A DNA stretch of 36,195 nucleotides from an uncultured Dehalococcoidia bacterium (GCA_964401855.1 CAYOAF010000099.1:1-36195); one strand, 5' to 3'. Positions 19,116 to 27,023 are shown, numbered from the stretch's first letter. The notes: a model not told the origin generated them from the letters alone. Program-made: numbers and translations.

Positions 19116-19622
19116 ATGGGTAAAATTGCTAATGGCGATGGTGGTGCATTACCTGATGAGACAAAAGGCACCAGCTACACAAGATACATAGAAAGGCAAT
19201 TTACGTTGACCGCCCACCGGTGCAACACGGGTGGGCGGTGTCGTATGCTAGGATGCGGCAGGTCCTACATGTGGCAAGCGGGCCAGGTACCCCCACTAGA
19301 ATCGGTGGATACGCTGCTATCAGAATGGATAGCGTTCCGCAACAAACCTAGCAAACTAGCGCGAGGCAGGCAAACTAATGAGTCCGATGCCTCAACGAAG
19401 AGGAAAGCCGTTGAGTCCGCGTTCCCTGACAGCGTTCGCTTGATCAAGCCGTTTCGAGATATTACCATACTCTGTGACTGGGAACCCGCCCAGACCAGCA
19501 ACTTGTTCAGGCAGGTCTCACAATACCTAGGGTCGACTGTTCTTAATAACCAAAACGCTCCATTTTTTGATTCCGGACATGTTCTTGATTTTGGACCGGA
19601 AGCAATCTTTTCCGCCGATTAG
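19116..19622 (+). CDS. Hypothetical protein (lower-GC island, no recognisable family)
   Basis: Track ORF 19035..19622. ATG 19116 has a GGAAGGGAG RBS 7 nt upstream. Visibly lower GC than the flanks. May be the N-terminal part of one gene split at the T6 run 19563-19568. Confidence 0.35.
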   Translation: MGKIANGDGGALPDETKGTSYTRYIERQFTLTAHRCNTGGRCRMLGCGRSYMWQAGQVPPLESVDTLLSEWIAFRNKPSKLARGRQTNESDASTKRKAVESAFPDSVRLIKPFRDITILCDWEPAQTSNLFRQVSQYLGSTVLNNQNAPFFDSGHVLDFGPEAIFSAD

Positions 19623-19896
19623 GCGCGAGATCAATGCGACAAATTTGGGGGTAGCCCTCCCCCGCGAGATCGACCGACTCGACGGACCCGATTATGCAAA
19701 GATGATGTCGTACATCCGCGACGAAATAAGAAACCTCTTTGAAGCTCAGACAGTCGTCACGCTTAAAGATGGGTCGACCCAGAAAATCACCAGAGTCAGA
19801 GATTTCCGGTGGCTGTCCCCTCGGCAGGGCAGAAACGGCCCACTGCCAAGGACTATTTGCAAAGTGGTGGACAATTTCTTCGATCCTCGGAAGTGA
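19567..19896 (+). CDS. Hypothetical protein (lower-GC island); possibly the C-terminal part of the preceding ORF
   Basis: Overlaps the preceding ORF in the +1 frame starting inside a T6 homopolymer. No family recognised. Confidence 0.35.
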   Translation: MIPDMFLILDRKQSFPPIRREINATNLGVALPREIDRLDGPDYAKMMSYIRDEIRNLFEAQTVVTLKDGSTQKITRVRDFRWLSPRQGRNGPLPRTICKVVDNFFDPRK

Positions 19897-19914
19897 GGCT
19901 TTGCCCCGCCCACC

Positions 19915-20330
19915 ATGTCATTCTGAGCGAAGCGAAGAATCTCCCCTTTCGTAGCGGCTAGAGGGGCACACTTTTTGAATTACTATGTATACATCATGAG
20001 CAACGCTTCCAAAACCCTGTACGTTGGCGTGACAAACGACCTAGCCCGCAGAGTCGTCATACATAGAAACAAGACTGGCAGCGCATTCGTCAAGAAGTAC
20101 AACGTGACGAGGTTGGTCTATTTTGATGCCATTGAGGACGTATCCGCCGCAATTGCCCGCGAGAAACAACTCAAGGGTTGGGTGAGAACCAAGAAGACTG
20201 CCTTGATCGAGACGCTTAATCCCCAATGGAAGGACTTGAGCAATGGGTTCGTATAATAGCAGGAATGTCTGGTAACCGAGGCTGCCGGAGGGAGATTCTT
20301 CACCCGCCTCCGGCGGGTGAAGAATGACAT
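19915..20330 (+). mobile_element. Candidate 416-bp mobile unit: GIY-YIG nuclease gene bracketed by inverted copies of a hairpin repeat
   Basis: The left end 19915-19945 reads ATGTCATTCT-gagcgaagc-GAAGAATCTCCC. The right end 20290-20330, read on the minus strand, is ATGTCATTCT-tcacccgccggaggcgggt-GAAGAATCTCCC. The right copy forms a perfect 14-bp stem (20295-20308 with 20312-20325). Confidence 0.45.
19975..20256 (+). CDS. GIY-YIG nuclease family protein (YhbQ/UPF0213-like, single domain)
   Basis: NYYVYIMSNASKTLYVGVTNDLARRVVIHRN...REKQLKGW. The GIY/YVG, Arg and Glu positions of the GIY-YIG fold are all present. TTG start 9 nt after GAGGGG. Confidence 0.85.
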   Translation: MNYYVYIMSNASKTLYVGVTNDLARRVVIHRNKTGSAFVKKYNVTRLVYFDAIEDVSAAIAREKQLKGWVRTKKTALIETLNPQWKDLSNGFV

Positions 20331-20482
20331 GATGCTGTATTAGTACCGAACAAGGCCTAATTCGGGAGCCACGGCATGCCCAGGACTCCAACAGGAACAC
20401 TCATCCGATCACCGTGGCCGCTAGCGTCAACGGGTCAGGGAATCGCTGACTGCCAACTCTCGGAGATACTTGGCAACAGGGA

Positions 20483-20938
20483 GTGCACAACATGGAAGAA
20501 TGTTTGAGGGCGATTCTGTCGTCCCATGAGAAAGAGAAAGCTGAGCTGATACCGATCCTGCAAGAGGTCCAGGAGGAATACGGCTACCTTCCCCGGGAAA
20601 CAATGCTCGAAATCGCCAGGTTCACCCGCGTGCCCGAGGGACGGGTGTTCGGAGTGGCGTCGTTCTACGCCCAGTTCCGGTTTACGCCGGTGGGCAGGAA
20701 CATCGTCAGGGTTTGCCGGGGGACGGCCTGTCACGTCAGGGGCGCTCCGAAGATACTCCAGGAGATGGAGAACCAACTGGGCATCAAGGTGGACGAGACC
20801 ACTCCAGGCCTGGAATACACCCTGGAGACGGTGGCCTGTATCGGGGCCTGCTGTCTGGCCCCGGTGGTGAAGGTGGGAGCGGAAGTGCACGGCAAGCTGC
20901 GGTCCAGTGAAGTGGCCAAGATGCTGAAAGGACTCTGA
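20483..20938 (+). CDS. NuoE/HoxE-like [2Fe-2S] thioredoxin-fold subunit of an NAD-linked formate dehydrogenase/diaphorase module
   Basis: LIPILQEVQEEYGYLP...SFYAQFRF.P.GR..VRVCRGTACHVRG...ACIGACCLAPVV. Has the four-Cys pattern of the NuoE family. AGGGAG RBS upstream. Confidence 0.9.
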   Translation: MHNMEECLRAILSSHEKEKAELIPILQEVQEEYGYLPRETMLEIARFTRVPEGRVFGVASFYAQFRFTPVGRNIVRVCRGTACHVRGAPKILQEMENQLGIKVDETTPGLEYTLETVACIGACCLAPVVKVGAEVHGKLRSSEVAKMLKGL

Positions 20939-20939
20939 C

Positions 20940-22760
20940 ATGGCAACGCCCCAGCGCCGGACCGTCTTTGTCTGTCAAGGAACGGGGTGTGTTTCCGCCC
21001 GGTCGCCGGACATCCAGGCGGCCCTCCAGGGCCGCATCGATGAATCGGGCCTGAAAGACTGGGTAGACGTGAAGCTCAGCGGTTGTCACGGTTTCTGCGA
21101 GCAGGGTCCCCTCATAGCCATAGAACCCGAGGGCGTTCTATACACCCGTGCCAAGAGTGACGATGCTCTGAGAGTCGTCACGGAACACTTGGAGAACGGG
21201 ACGGCCGTGAAGGGTCTTCTCTACCGGGACCTGCTGACCGGGGCGCCGGTTCCCCACTACGCGGACATCCCGTTCTACAGTAAGCAGACGCGGCTTGTCT
21301 TGCGTAATTGCGGTCATATCGACCCCACAAAACTGGACGACTACCTGGCCGTTGACGGTTACGGAGGTCTCAAAAAGGCGTTCGAGCGGGGTCCAGAGGG
21401 GATAGTCGAAGAAATCAAAAAGTCGGGCCTGAGAGGAAGGGGCGGCGCCGGTTTCCCCACCTGGCGAAAGTGGCAGTTCTGCAGAGACGCAAAAGGCGGC
21501 CGGAAGTTCCTCATATGCAACGCCGACGAGGGCGACCCGGGGGCTTTCATGAACCGGTCGCTTCTGGAGGGAGACCCCCATTCCCTCCTGGAGGGGATGC
21601 TCATCGCCGGGTATGCAATCGGCGCCCATCAAGGCTACATTTATTGTCGCGCGGAGTATCCGCTGGCCCTGGAGAGGCTGCGGATAGCCATGGAGCAGGC
21701 GGAGGGGCACGGGCTGATTGGCGACGACATTATGGGTTCGGGATTCAGCTTCCGCATCAAGGTTAGCCAGGGCGCGGGGGCCTTCGTCTGCGGGGAGGAG
21801 ACAGGGCTGATCCTTTCGATCGAGGGCGAGCGCGGAATGCCCCGTCCCCGGCCGCCTTTCCCCGCCGTGTCGGGCCTGATGGGGAAGCCGACGGTGGTCA
21901 ACAACGTGGAGAGCCTGGCGTCCGTGGCGCTGATCCTGCAAGACGGCGCCGAGCGGTTTGCTCAGTACGGCACCGAGACGAGCAAGGGCACCAAGACCTT
22001 CGCCCTGGTTGGCAAGGTAAAGCTTTCGGGCCTCGTCGAGGTGCCCCTGGGCATCACTTTGCGCGAGATAGTCTACGATATTGGGGGAGGGGTACTCGGA
22101 GACAAGCAACTGAAAGCCGTTCAGACCGGCGGCCCTTCGGGGGGCTGTATCCCAGCCAGCATGATCGATATACCGGTAGACTACGATTCCCTCACCGCGG
22201 CCGGCACCATCATGGGCTCCGGCGGCATGGTGGTGATGGATGAAGGCACCTGTATGGTCGACGTTGCCCGCTATTTCGTGGACTTCACCCAGAAGGAGTC
22301 ATGCGGCAAATGCGTGCCCTGCCGGCTTGGCACCAGGCAGATGCTGGACATTCTGGAAGACATAACCCAGGGGAAGGGCTCCCCGGAGGACATCGACCTG
22401 CTCGTGGAGATGGGCGAGGGGGTGAAAACCGGCTCCCTGTGTGGACTCGGGCAGACGGCGCCGAACCCCGTGCTCACCACCATCCGGTATTTCCGGGACG
22501 AGTATGAGGCACACATCAACGAAAAGCGCTGCCCGGCCAAGGTGTGCACCGCCCTCATCTCCTACCACATCACGGAAGCGTGCGTCGGTTGCCTGCTGTG
22601 CTTAAAGGCCTGCTCCTCCGAGGCGATAGTGGGTGAGTTCAAGAAGCTCCACGTCATCGACCAGTCCAAGTGCACCCAGTGCGGAAGCTGTTTTGACGTG
22701 TGCCCGCCCAAGGTCAATGCCGTGGAGATCCTCTCCGGTCAGTTGGCCGCGGTACAATAG
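20940..22760 (+). CDS. NuoF/HydB-like NAD(P)H-binding flavoprotein subunit with extra N-terminal [2Fe-2S] and C-terminal 2x[4Fe-4S] domains
   Basis: GLRGRGGAGFPTWRKW (FMN/NADH site); ESCGKCVPCRLG..SLCGLG ([4Fe-4S]). The N-terminal VCQGTGC...GCHGFCEQGP is a thioredoxin-like domain. The C-terminal CVGCLLCLKAC and CTQCGSCFDVCP are ferredoxin motifs. Confidence 0.9.
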   Translation: MATPQRRTVFVCQGTGCVSARSPDIQAALQGRIDESGLKDWVDVKLSGCHGFCEQGPLIAIEPEGVLYTRAKSDDALRVVTEHLENGTAVKGLLYRDLLTGAPVPHYADIPFYSKQTRLVLRNCGHIDPTKLDDYLAVDGYGGLKKAFERGPEGIVEEIKKSGLRGRGGAGFPTWRKWQFCRDAKGGRKFLICNADEGDPGAFMNRSLLEGDPHSLLEGMLIAGYAIGAHQGYIYCRAEYPLALERLRIAMEQAEGHGLIGDDIMGSGFSFRIKVSQGAGAFVCGEETGLILSIEGERGMPRPRPPFPAVSGLMGKPTVVNNVESLASVALILQDGAERFAQYGTETSKGTKTFALVGKVKLSGLVEVPLGITLREIVYDIGGGVLGDKQLKAVQTGGPSGGCIPASMIDIPVDYDSLTAAGTIMGSGGMVVMDEGTCMVDVARYFVDFTQKESCGKCVPCRLGTRQMLDILEDITQGKGSPEDIDLLVEMGEGVKTGSLCGLGQTAPNPVLTTIRYFRDEYEAHINEKRCPAKVCTALISYHITEACVGCLLCLKACSSEAIVGEFKKLHVIDQSKCTQCGSCFDVCPPKVNAVEILSGQLAAVQ

Positions 22761-22789
22761 ATTACCCAAGGGTCTGATGGAGGCGAAAA

Positions 22790-25564
22790 TTGATGGGCGA
22801 GGCCACTCTCACCATCGACGGACTGCAGGTCCCGGCATCCGAAGGCATGACCGTGATGGACGCGGCGCTCCAGAGCGGCATCTACATCCCCGGTCTCTGC
22901 CACCACCCGGACCTGAAGCCGGTCGGCGCGTGCCGGCTTTGCATGGTCGAGATCGAAGGAAGGGGACTGGTCGCCTCCTGCCTGGCCCCGGCCGAGCAGG
23001 GCCTTGTTGTCAACACGGTGAGCCCGGAGGCCGAGAGAACTCGTCGCGTCTCGGTGGAACTGCTGGTCGCGAATGACCGAGGAGAGTGCCTCACCTGCGC
23101 CAAGAACAACAGCTGCGGCCTCCAGGAGGTCGCTGCCTACATCGGCATCACGCCGGAGCGGATGGCCCGCTTGAGGAGTCCAACCGAGCCTCCCCCGGTT
23201 GACACATCCAATCCGTTCTTCGACTTCGACCCGGGCAAGTGCGTGCTTTGCGGTATCTGTGTCCGCACCTGTGACGAGATCGTCGGTGTCCACGCCATCG
23301 ACTACGCGTTCCGAGGGTACGACACCACCATCAGCGTCTTCGCCAACAAGCCCGTCATAGACTCCAGGTGCGTGTCCTGCGGGGAATGCGTGGTCCGGTG
23401 CCCGGTGGGGGCCCTGGTTCCCAAGGAGCACCGGCAACCCACCCGGGAGGTCAGCACCGTCTGCCCTTATTGCGGTGTCGGTTGCGGCATCTACCTGGGG
23501 GTCAGAGGCAACGAGGTCATCGCCTCCCGGGGCGACCCCGGCAACCGGTCCAGCCAGGGCCAGCTTTGCGTGAAAGGCCGCTACGGCTTCGGCTTCGTCA
23601 ACCATGAGGACAGGCTCACCACTCCCCTCATCCGGGTGGATGGAGAATTGAAGCCAGCCTCTTGGGACGAGGCGCTGGACTATGTGGCGGAGCGCCTGGT
23701 CCAGTACCGAGGCGACTCCTTTGCGTCGTTCTGCTCCGCCAAGACCACCAACGAGGACGCCTACATTCAGCAGAAGTTCGCCCGGCTGCTGATGCAGACC
23801 AACAACGTCGACCACTGCGCCCGGCTGTGTCACGCTCCTTCGGTCCTGGCGATGATGACAGCCCTGGGCAGCGGCGCTACTAGCAACTCGTACGTCGACT
23901 TCGAACAGGCCGGCTGTTTGATAGTCGTCGGCGCGGACCCAAACTCCAACCACCCTGTCGTTGCGGCCAGGATACAGCGAGCTGTGGCTGGGCGCGGCGT
24001 CAAGCTCATCGTAATCAACCCGCGCCGCGTCGATCTGTGCGACTACGCCGACCTGTGGCTGCGGCCGCGGCCCGGCACCGACGTCGCCCTGCTCAACGGG
24101 CTGGCGAAGGCCATCCTGGACGAGGGCCTGTTGGACCGGGAATTCGTGGCCAACCGCACCGAGGGCTTCGAAGAGTGGGCTGCGGTCGTCCACAAGTACA
24201 CCCTGGACCACGTTGAAGAGGTGACCGGTGTCTCCGCCGAAGACATCTGTCAGGCGGCGCGCATGTATGCTAACCTCCCCTTCGTAAGGGGGCGCGACGG
24301 TTCGTCTCTTCCCCCCTTTGATAAAGGGGGATCAGGGGGGATTTCCGGGGGCTCCTGCCTCATTTGGGGCATGGGGATCACCCAGCATGCCGCCGGCACG
24401 GCCAACGCCCATGGCCTGCTGAATCTGGCCCTGGTTTCCGGCCAGATCGGCAAACCCGGTTCCGGCGTCTCTCCGCTGCGGGGGCAGAACAACGTTCAGG
24501 GCTGCGGCGACGCGGGGTGCCTGCCCAACACCCTCCCCGGCTACCAGGCGATCAACGATGACAACGTCGCCGGATTCCAGGCAGCCTGGGGCGGCCATCC
24601 GCTGCCCAAAGAGCGCGGCTTGATGCTCACCGAGGCCGTGGAGGCGATGCCGGAGGGCCGCATCAAGGCCGTCTTCATAATGGGAGAGAACCCTCTCCTC
24701 AGCGAACCGGACCTGCACCACGCCGAAGAGGCCTTCCGGAGCCTGGAGTTCCTGGTGGTTCAGGACCTCTTCCTCCACGAGACCGCTCAGATCGCCGATG
24801 TTGTATTGCCGGCCACCTCCTTCGCCGAGAAAGACGGCACCTTCACCAACAGCGAGCGCCGCGTCCAGCGGGTCCGGAAGGCCATTCAGCCGCCAGGCCA
24901 GAGCCGCCCGGACTGGGAGATTGTCTGCGACCTGGGACGCCGCGTTTCGAAGCGGATGGGTCTGAGGCTGGAGGAGCAGTTCACGTTCGACAGCCCATCC
25001 CAGGTCTGGGACGAGATGGCCCGGCTGACCCCCTTCATCGGGGGGATCTCCTACGGCCGGCTGGAGGAGGGTGGGGTCCAGTGGCCTTGCCCCACGCCGG
25101 ACCACCCCGGCACGCGCTACCTGTACGCCGAAGGGTTTCCCCGGGGTCCGCGAGCCAAGTTCGTTGCCTTCGACCAAGGAAAGGCCGCTGAGGAGATGCC
25201 CAGCAAGCGGTACCCCTTCATCCTCAACACGGGCCGCGTCTTGTACCACTGGCACGGGGGCACCATGACCCGCAGGGTGGCCAAGCTGGTGGCCCGCTAT
25301 CCGGAGCTGCCGGTGGCCATCAATCCCGAGGACGGCCGAAAACACAACCTGGGCGACGGGCAGCCGGTCCGGGTTACCTCCCGCCGGGGCCAGCTCACCG
25401 GCAAAGCCCTGCTCACCGATGGTATGCGGGCGGGGGAGATTTTCATCCCCTTCGTGAAGCTGGAGGAGTCGGCGGCCAACTTCCTGACCAACTCGGTCTA
25501 CGACCCCAGCTCCAAGATCCCGGAATACAAGGTCTGCGCCGTCCGGTTGGAAGCCGTGGAGTAA
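22790..25564 (+). CDS. fdhA: Formate dehydrogenase catalytic (alpha) subunit, molybdo/tungstopterin, cysteine type, with NuoG-like N-terminal Fe-S domains
   Basis: N-terminal Fe-S motifs: CHHPDLKPVGACRLC, CLTCAKNNSC, CVLCGICVRTC, CVSCGECVVRCP. MopB cluster: CPYCGVGC. Active site NNVDHCARLCHAPS with Cys codon TGT at 23828-23830, where Sec enzymes have TGA. Also PLRGQNNVQG and a C-terminal MGD-binding barrel. The start is either TTG 22790 or ATG 22793, after GGAGG. Confidence 0.92.
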   Translation: MMGEATLTIDGLQVPASEGMTVMDAALQSGIYIPGLCHHPDLKPVGACRLCMVEIEGRGLVASCLAPAEQGLVVNTVSPEAERTRRVSVELLVANDRGECLTCAKNNSCGLQEVAAYIGITPERMARLRSPTEPPPVDTSNPFFDFDPGKCVLCGICVRTCDEIVGVHAIDYAFRGYDTTISVFANKPVIDSRCVSCGECVVRCPVGALVPKEHRQPTREVSTVCPYCGVGCGIYLGVRGNEVIASRGDPGNRSSQGQLCVKGRYGFGFVNHEDRLTTPLIRVDGELKPASWDEALDYVAERLVQYRGDSFASFCSAKTTNEDAYIQQKFARLLMQTNNVDHCARLCHAPSVLAMMTALGSGATSNSYVDFEQAGCLIVVGADPNSNHPVVAARIQRAVAGRGVKLIVINPRRVDLCDYADLWLRPRPGTDVALLNGLAKAILDEGLLDREFVANRTEGFEEWAAVVHKYTLDHVEEVTGVSAEDICQAARMYANLPFVRGRDGSSLPPFDKGGSGGISGGSCLIWGMGITQHAAGTANAHGLLNLALVSGQIGKPGSGVSPLRGQNNVQGCGDAGCLPNTLPGYQAINDDNVAGFQAAWGGHPLPKERGLMLTEAVEAMPEGRIKAVFIMGENPLLSEPDLHHAEEAFRSLEFLVVQDLFLHETAQIADVVLPATSFAEKDGTFTNSERRVQRVRKAIQPPGQSRPDWEIVCDLGRRVSKRMGLRLEEQFTFDSPSQVWDEMARLTPFIGGISYGRLEEGGVQWPCPTPDHPGTRYLYAEGFPRGPRAKFVAFDQGKAAEEMPSKRYPFILNTGRVLYHWHGGTMTRRVAKLVARYPELPVAINPEDGRKHNLGDGQPVRVTSRRGQLTGKALLTDGMRAGEIFIPFVKLEESAANFLTNSVYDPSSKIPEYKVCAVRLEAVE
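24275..24346 (+). repeat. 72-nt in-frame copy of the GC-rich hairpin repeat family inside fdhA (encodes LPFVRGRDGSSLPPFDKGGSGGIS)
   Basis: Contains CCCCTT-cgt-AAGGGG and CCCCCTTT-gat-AAAGGGGG hairpins. The 13-nt CCCCTTCGTAAGG is identical to 7874-7886, and AAGGGGGATCAGGGGGGATTT matches 16505-16524. Confidence 0.6.
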
Positions 25565-25606
25565 GGCCCGGTTCCTGAAGCCGGGCATCCCGAGCCGCCG
25601 CCATTC

Positions 25607-25635
25607 TTGACTGGGCCTATAAGCCGGGATAGACT
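25607..25635 (+). promoter_or_regulatory. Putative sigma-70-type promoter for the acyl-CoA dehydrogenase gene
   Basis: TTGACT (25607-25612), a 17-nt spacer, then TAGACT (25630-25635). This leaves a ~195-nt leader before GTG 25831. Confidence 0.4.
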
Positions 25636-25766
25636 AGGTTCGCTCCGGAGTCCCGTTCGCGCCAATAATGAGAAGACAACGGAGGCCGCCCATCGCATTG
25701 GCTGAAATGGGTGAGCCGCAATAGGTAACATCCAGAACAATCGGCCTCAACGCCGGAACCCGGAAA

Positions 25767-25811
25767 CTGACAGCTGCCAGCTGACCGCTGATGGCTGGAA
25801 GCTGACAGCTA
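25767..25811 (+). repeat. GCTGAC-type repeat / near-palindrome just upstream of the acyl-CoA dehydrogenase RBS (possible operator)
   Basis: CTGACAGCTGCCAGCTGACCGCTGATGGCTGGAAGCTGACAGCTA. The core GACAGCTG-C-CAGCTGAC is a near-palindrome. The 20-mer GCTGACCGCTGATGGCTGGA matches the minus strand of 28051-28070 at 17 of 20 positions. Confidence 0.45.
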
Positions 25812-25830
25812 AACGAAAAGGAGCCCCCCT

Positions 25831-26997
25831 GTGACCATGCCAACACCCGAGGAAGCCCGCGCCCAGATTGTCAGCATGGTTCGGGAGTTTGTCCGCCGCG
25901 ACGTGATGCCGTTGGCGGACAGCTTGGACCGTGAGGACGTGCTATCCCTGGAACTGGTGGACAAGATGAAGGAGCTGGGCCTCTTCGGCATCACGGTGCC
26001 TGAGGAGTACGGCGGATTGGGCCTCGACTACACCACCTTCGCCCTGATCTTTGAGGAGATCAGCAAGGGGTTTATGACCCTTACCGGGCCTCTTGGCACG
26101 CACCACATCCTGACCTATGTGCTGACCCAGTTCGGCACCGAGGATCAGAGACGGGAGTTCCTTCCCGATCTGGCCGCTGGGCGAAGGCGGGGCGGCCTGG
26201 CCCTCACCGAACCCGGCGGCGGCAGCGACGTGGCCAACCTTGAGACCACCGCCGTCAAGGACGGGGAAGAGTACGTCATCAACGGGTCGAAGATGTTTAT
26301 CACCAACGGCCGTTCCGGGGACACCTTCTGCCTGCTGGCCCGCACCGACCGGACACCGGGGTCGAAACACCGGGGCCTGAGTTGCTTCGTCATCGAAAAG
26401 GGTGGAGCGGGGTTCCGAGTGGGCCGGGACCTGGAAAAGCTGGGGTACCGGGGCCTGGACACCAGTGAGCTGATCTTCGAGGACTTCCGCGTTCCCATGG
26501 AGAACCTGGTCGGGGGAGAAGAGGGCCGCGGGTTCAGCCACGTGATGAGCGGGCTGGAGACCGGGCGTATCAACATAGCGGCCCGGGCGGTGGGCGTGGC
26601 CCAGGCGGCCCTTGAGGCCTCGATCCGCTACGCTCAGCAGAGGCACAGCATGGGCGTCCCCATCGCTCAGCACCAGGCCATTCAGTTGAAGCTGGCGGAC
26701 ATGGCCACCAAGATCCAGGCGGCGCGTCTGCTGACCTACGACGCCGCCGCCAAGATGGACCGGGGCGAGCGGCTCGATCTGGAGTCGGGCATGGCCAAGC
26801 TGTTCGCCAGCGAGACCTGCCAGGAAGTGGCCATGGATGCGATGCGAATCCACGGGGGTTACGGGTACATCAAGGAGTTTCCCGTGGAGCGCTACTACCG
26901 GGACGCCCCCCTGATGGTTATCGGGGAGGGCACCAACGAGATCATGCGCCTGGTCATCGCCCGTCAGCTACTCAAAAGGCCGGAGTACCAGATCTAG
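25831..26997 (+). CDS. Acyl-CoA dehydrogenase
   Basis: GTG start 7 nt after AAGGAG. Full-length ACAD pattern: LTEPGGGSD, FITNG, YAQQRHSMG, IHGGYGY..E.PVERYYRDA..MVIGEGTNEI. Confidence 0.9.
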   Translation: MTMPTPEEARAQIVSMVREFVRRDVMPLADSLDREDVLSLELVDKMKELGLFGITVPEEYGGLGLDYTTFALIFEEISKGFMTLTGPLGTHHILTYVLTQFGTEDQRREFLPDLAAGRRRGGLALTEPGGGSDVANLETTAVKDGEEYVINGSKMFITNGRSGDTFCLLARTDRTPGSKHRGLSCFVIEKGGAGFRVGRDLEKLGYRGLDTSELIFEDFRVPMENLVGGEEGRGFSHVMSGLETGRINIAARAVGVAQAALEASIRYAQQRHSMGVPIAQHQAIQLKLADMATKIQAARLLTYDAAAKMDRGERLDLESGMAKLFASETCQEVAMDAMRIHGGYGYIKEFPVERYYRDAPLMVIGEGTNEIMRLVIARQLLKRPEYQI

Positions 26998-27023
26998 TGC
27001 TTCGTCAACTTGTTTCTTGCATC

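Noticed and set aside
23828-23830. Possible selenocysteine at the formate dehydrogenase active site
   Set aside because: The codon is TGT (Cys) in ...HCARLCHAPS..., so this is a cysteine-type enzyme.
22739-25588. Minus-strand ORFs of 490 aa (22739..24211) and 418 aa (24332..25588)
   Set aside because: They are antisense to fdhA, whose Fe-S and molybdopterin motifs are unambiguous. Their composition (Gly/Ala/Arg/Asp/Val-rich) is typical of antisense frames in high-GC DNA.
25636-25766. The acd leader as a known structured RNA (tRNA, SRP, 6S, riboswitch)
   Set aside because: I could not recognise any conserved core motif of those families by eye. It is kept only as an unexplained long leader in the findings.
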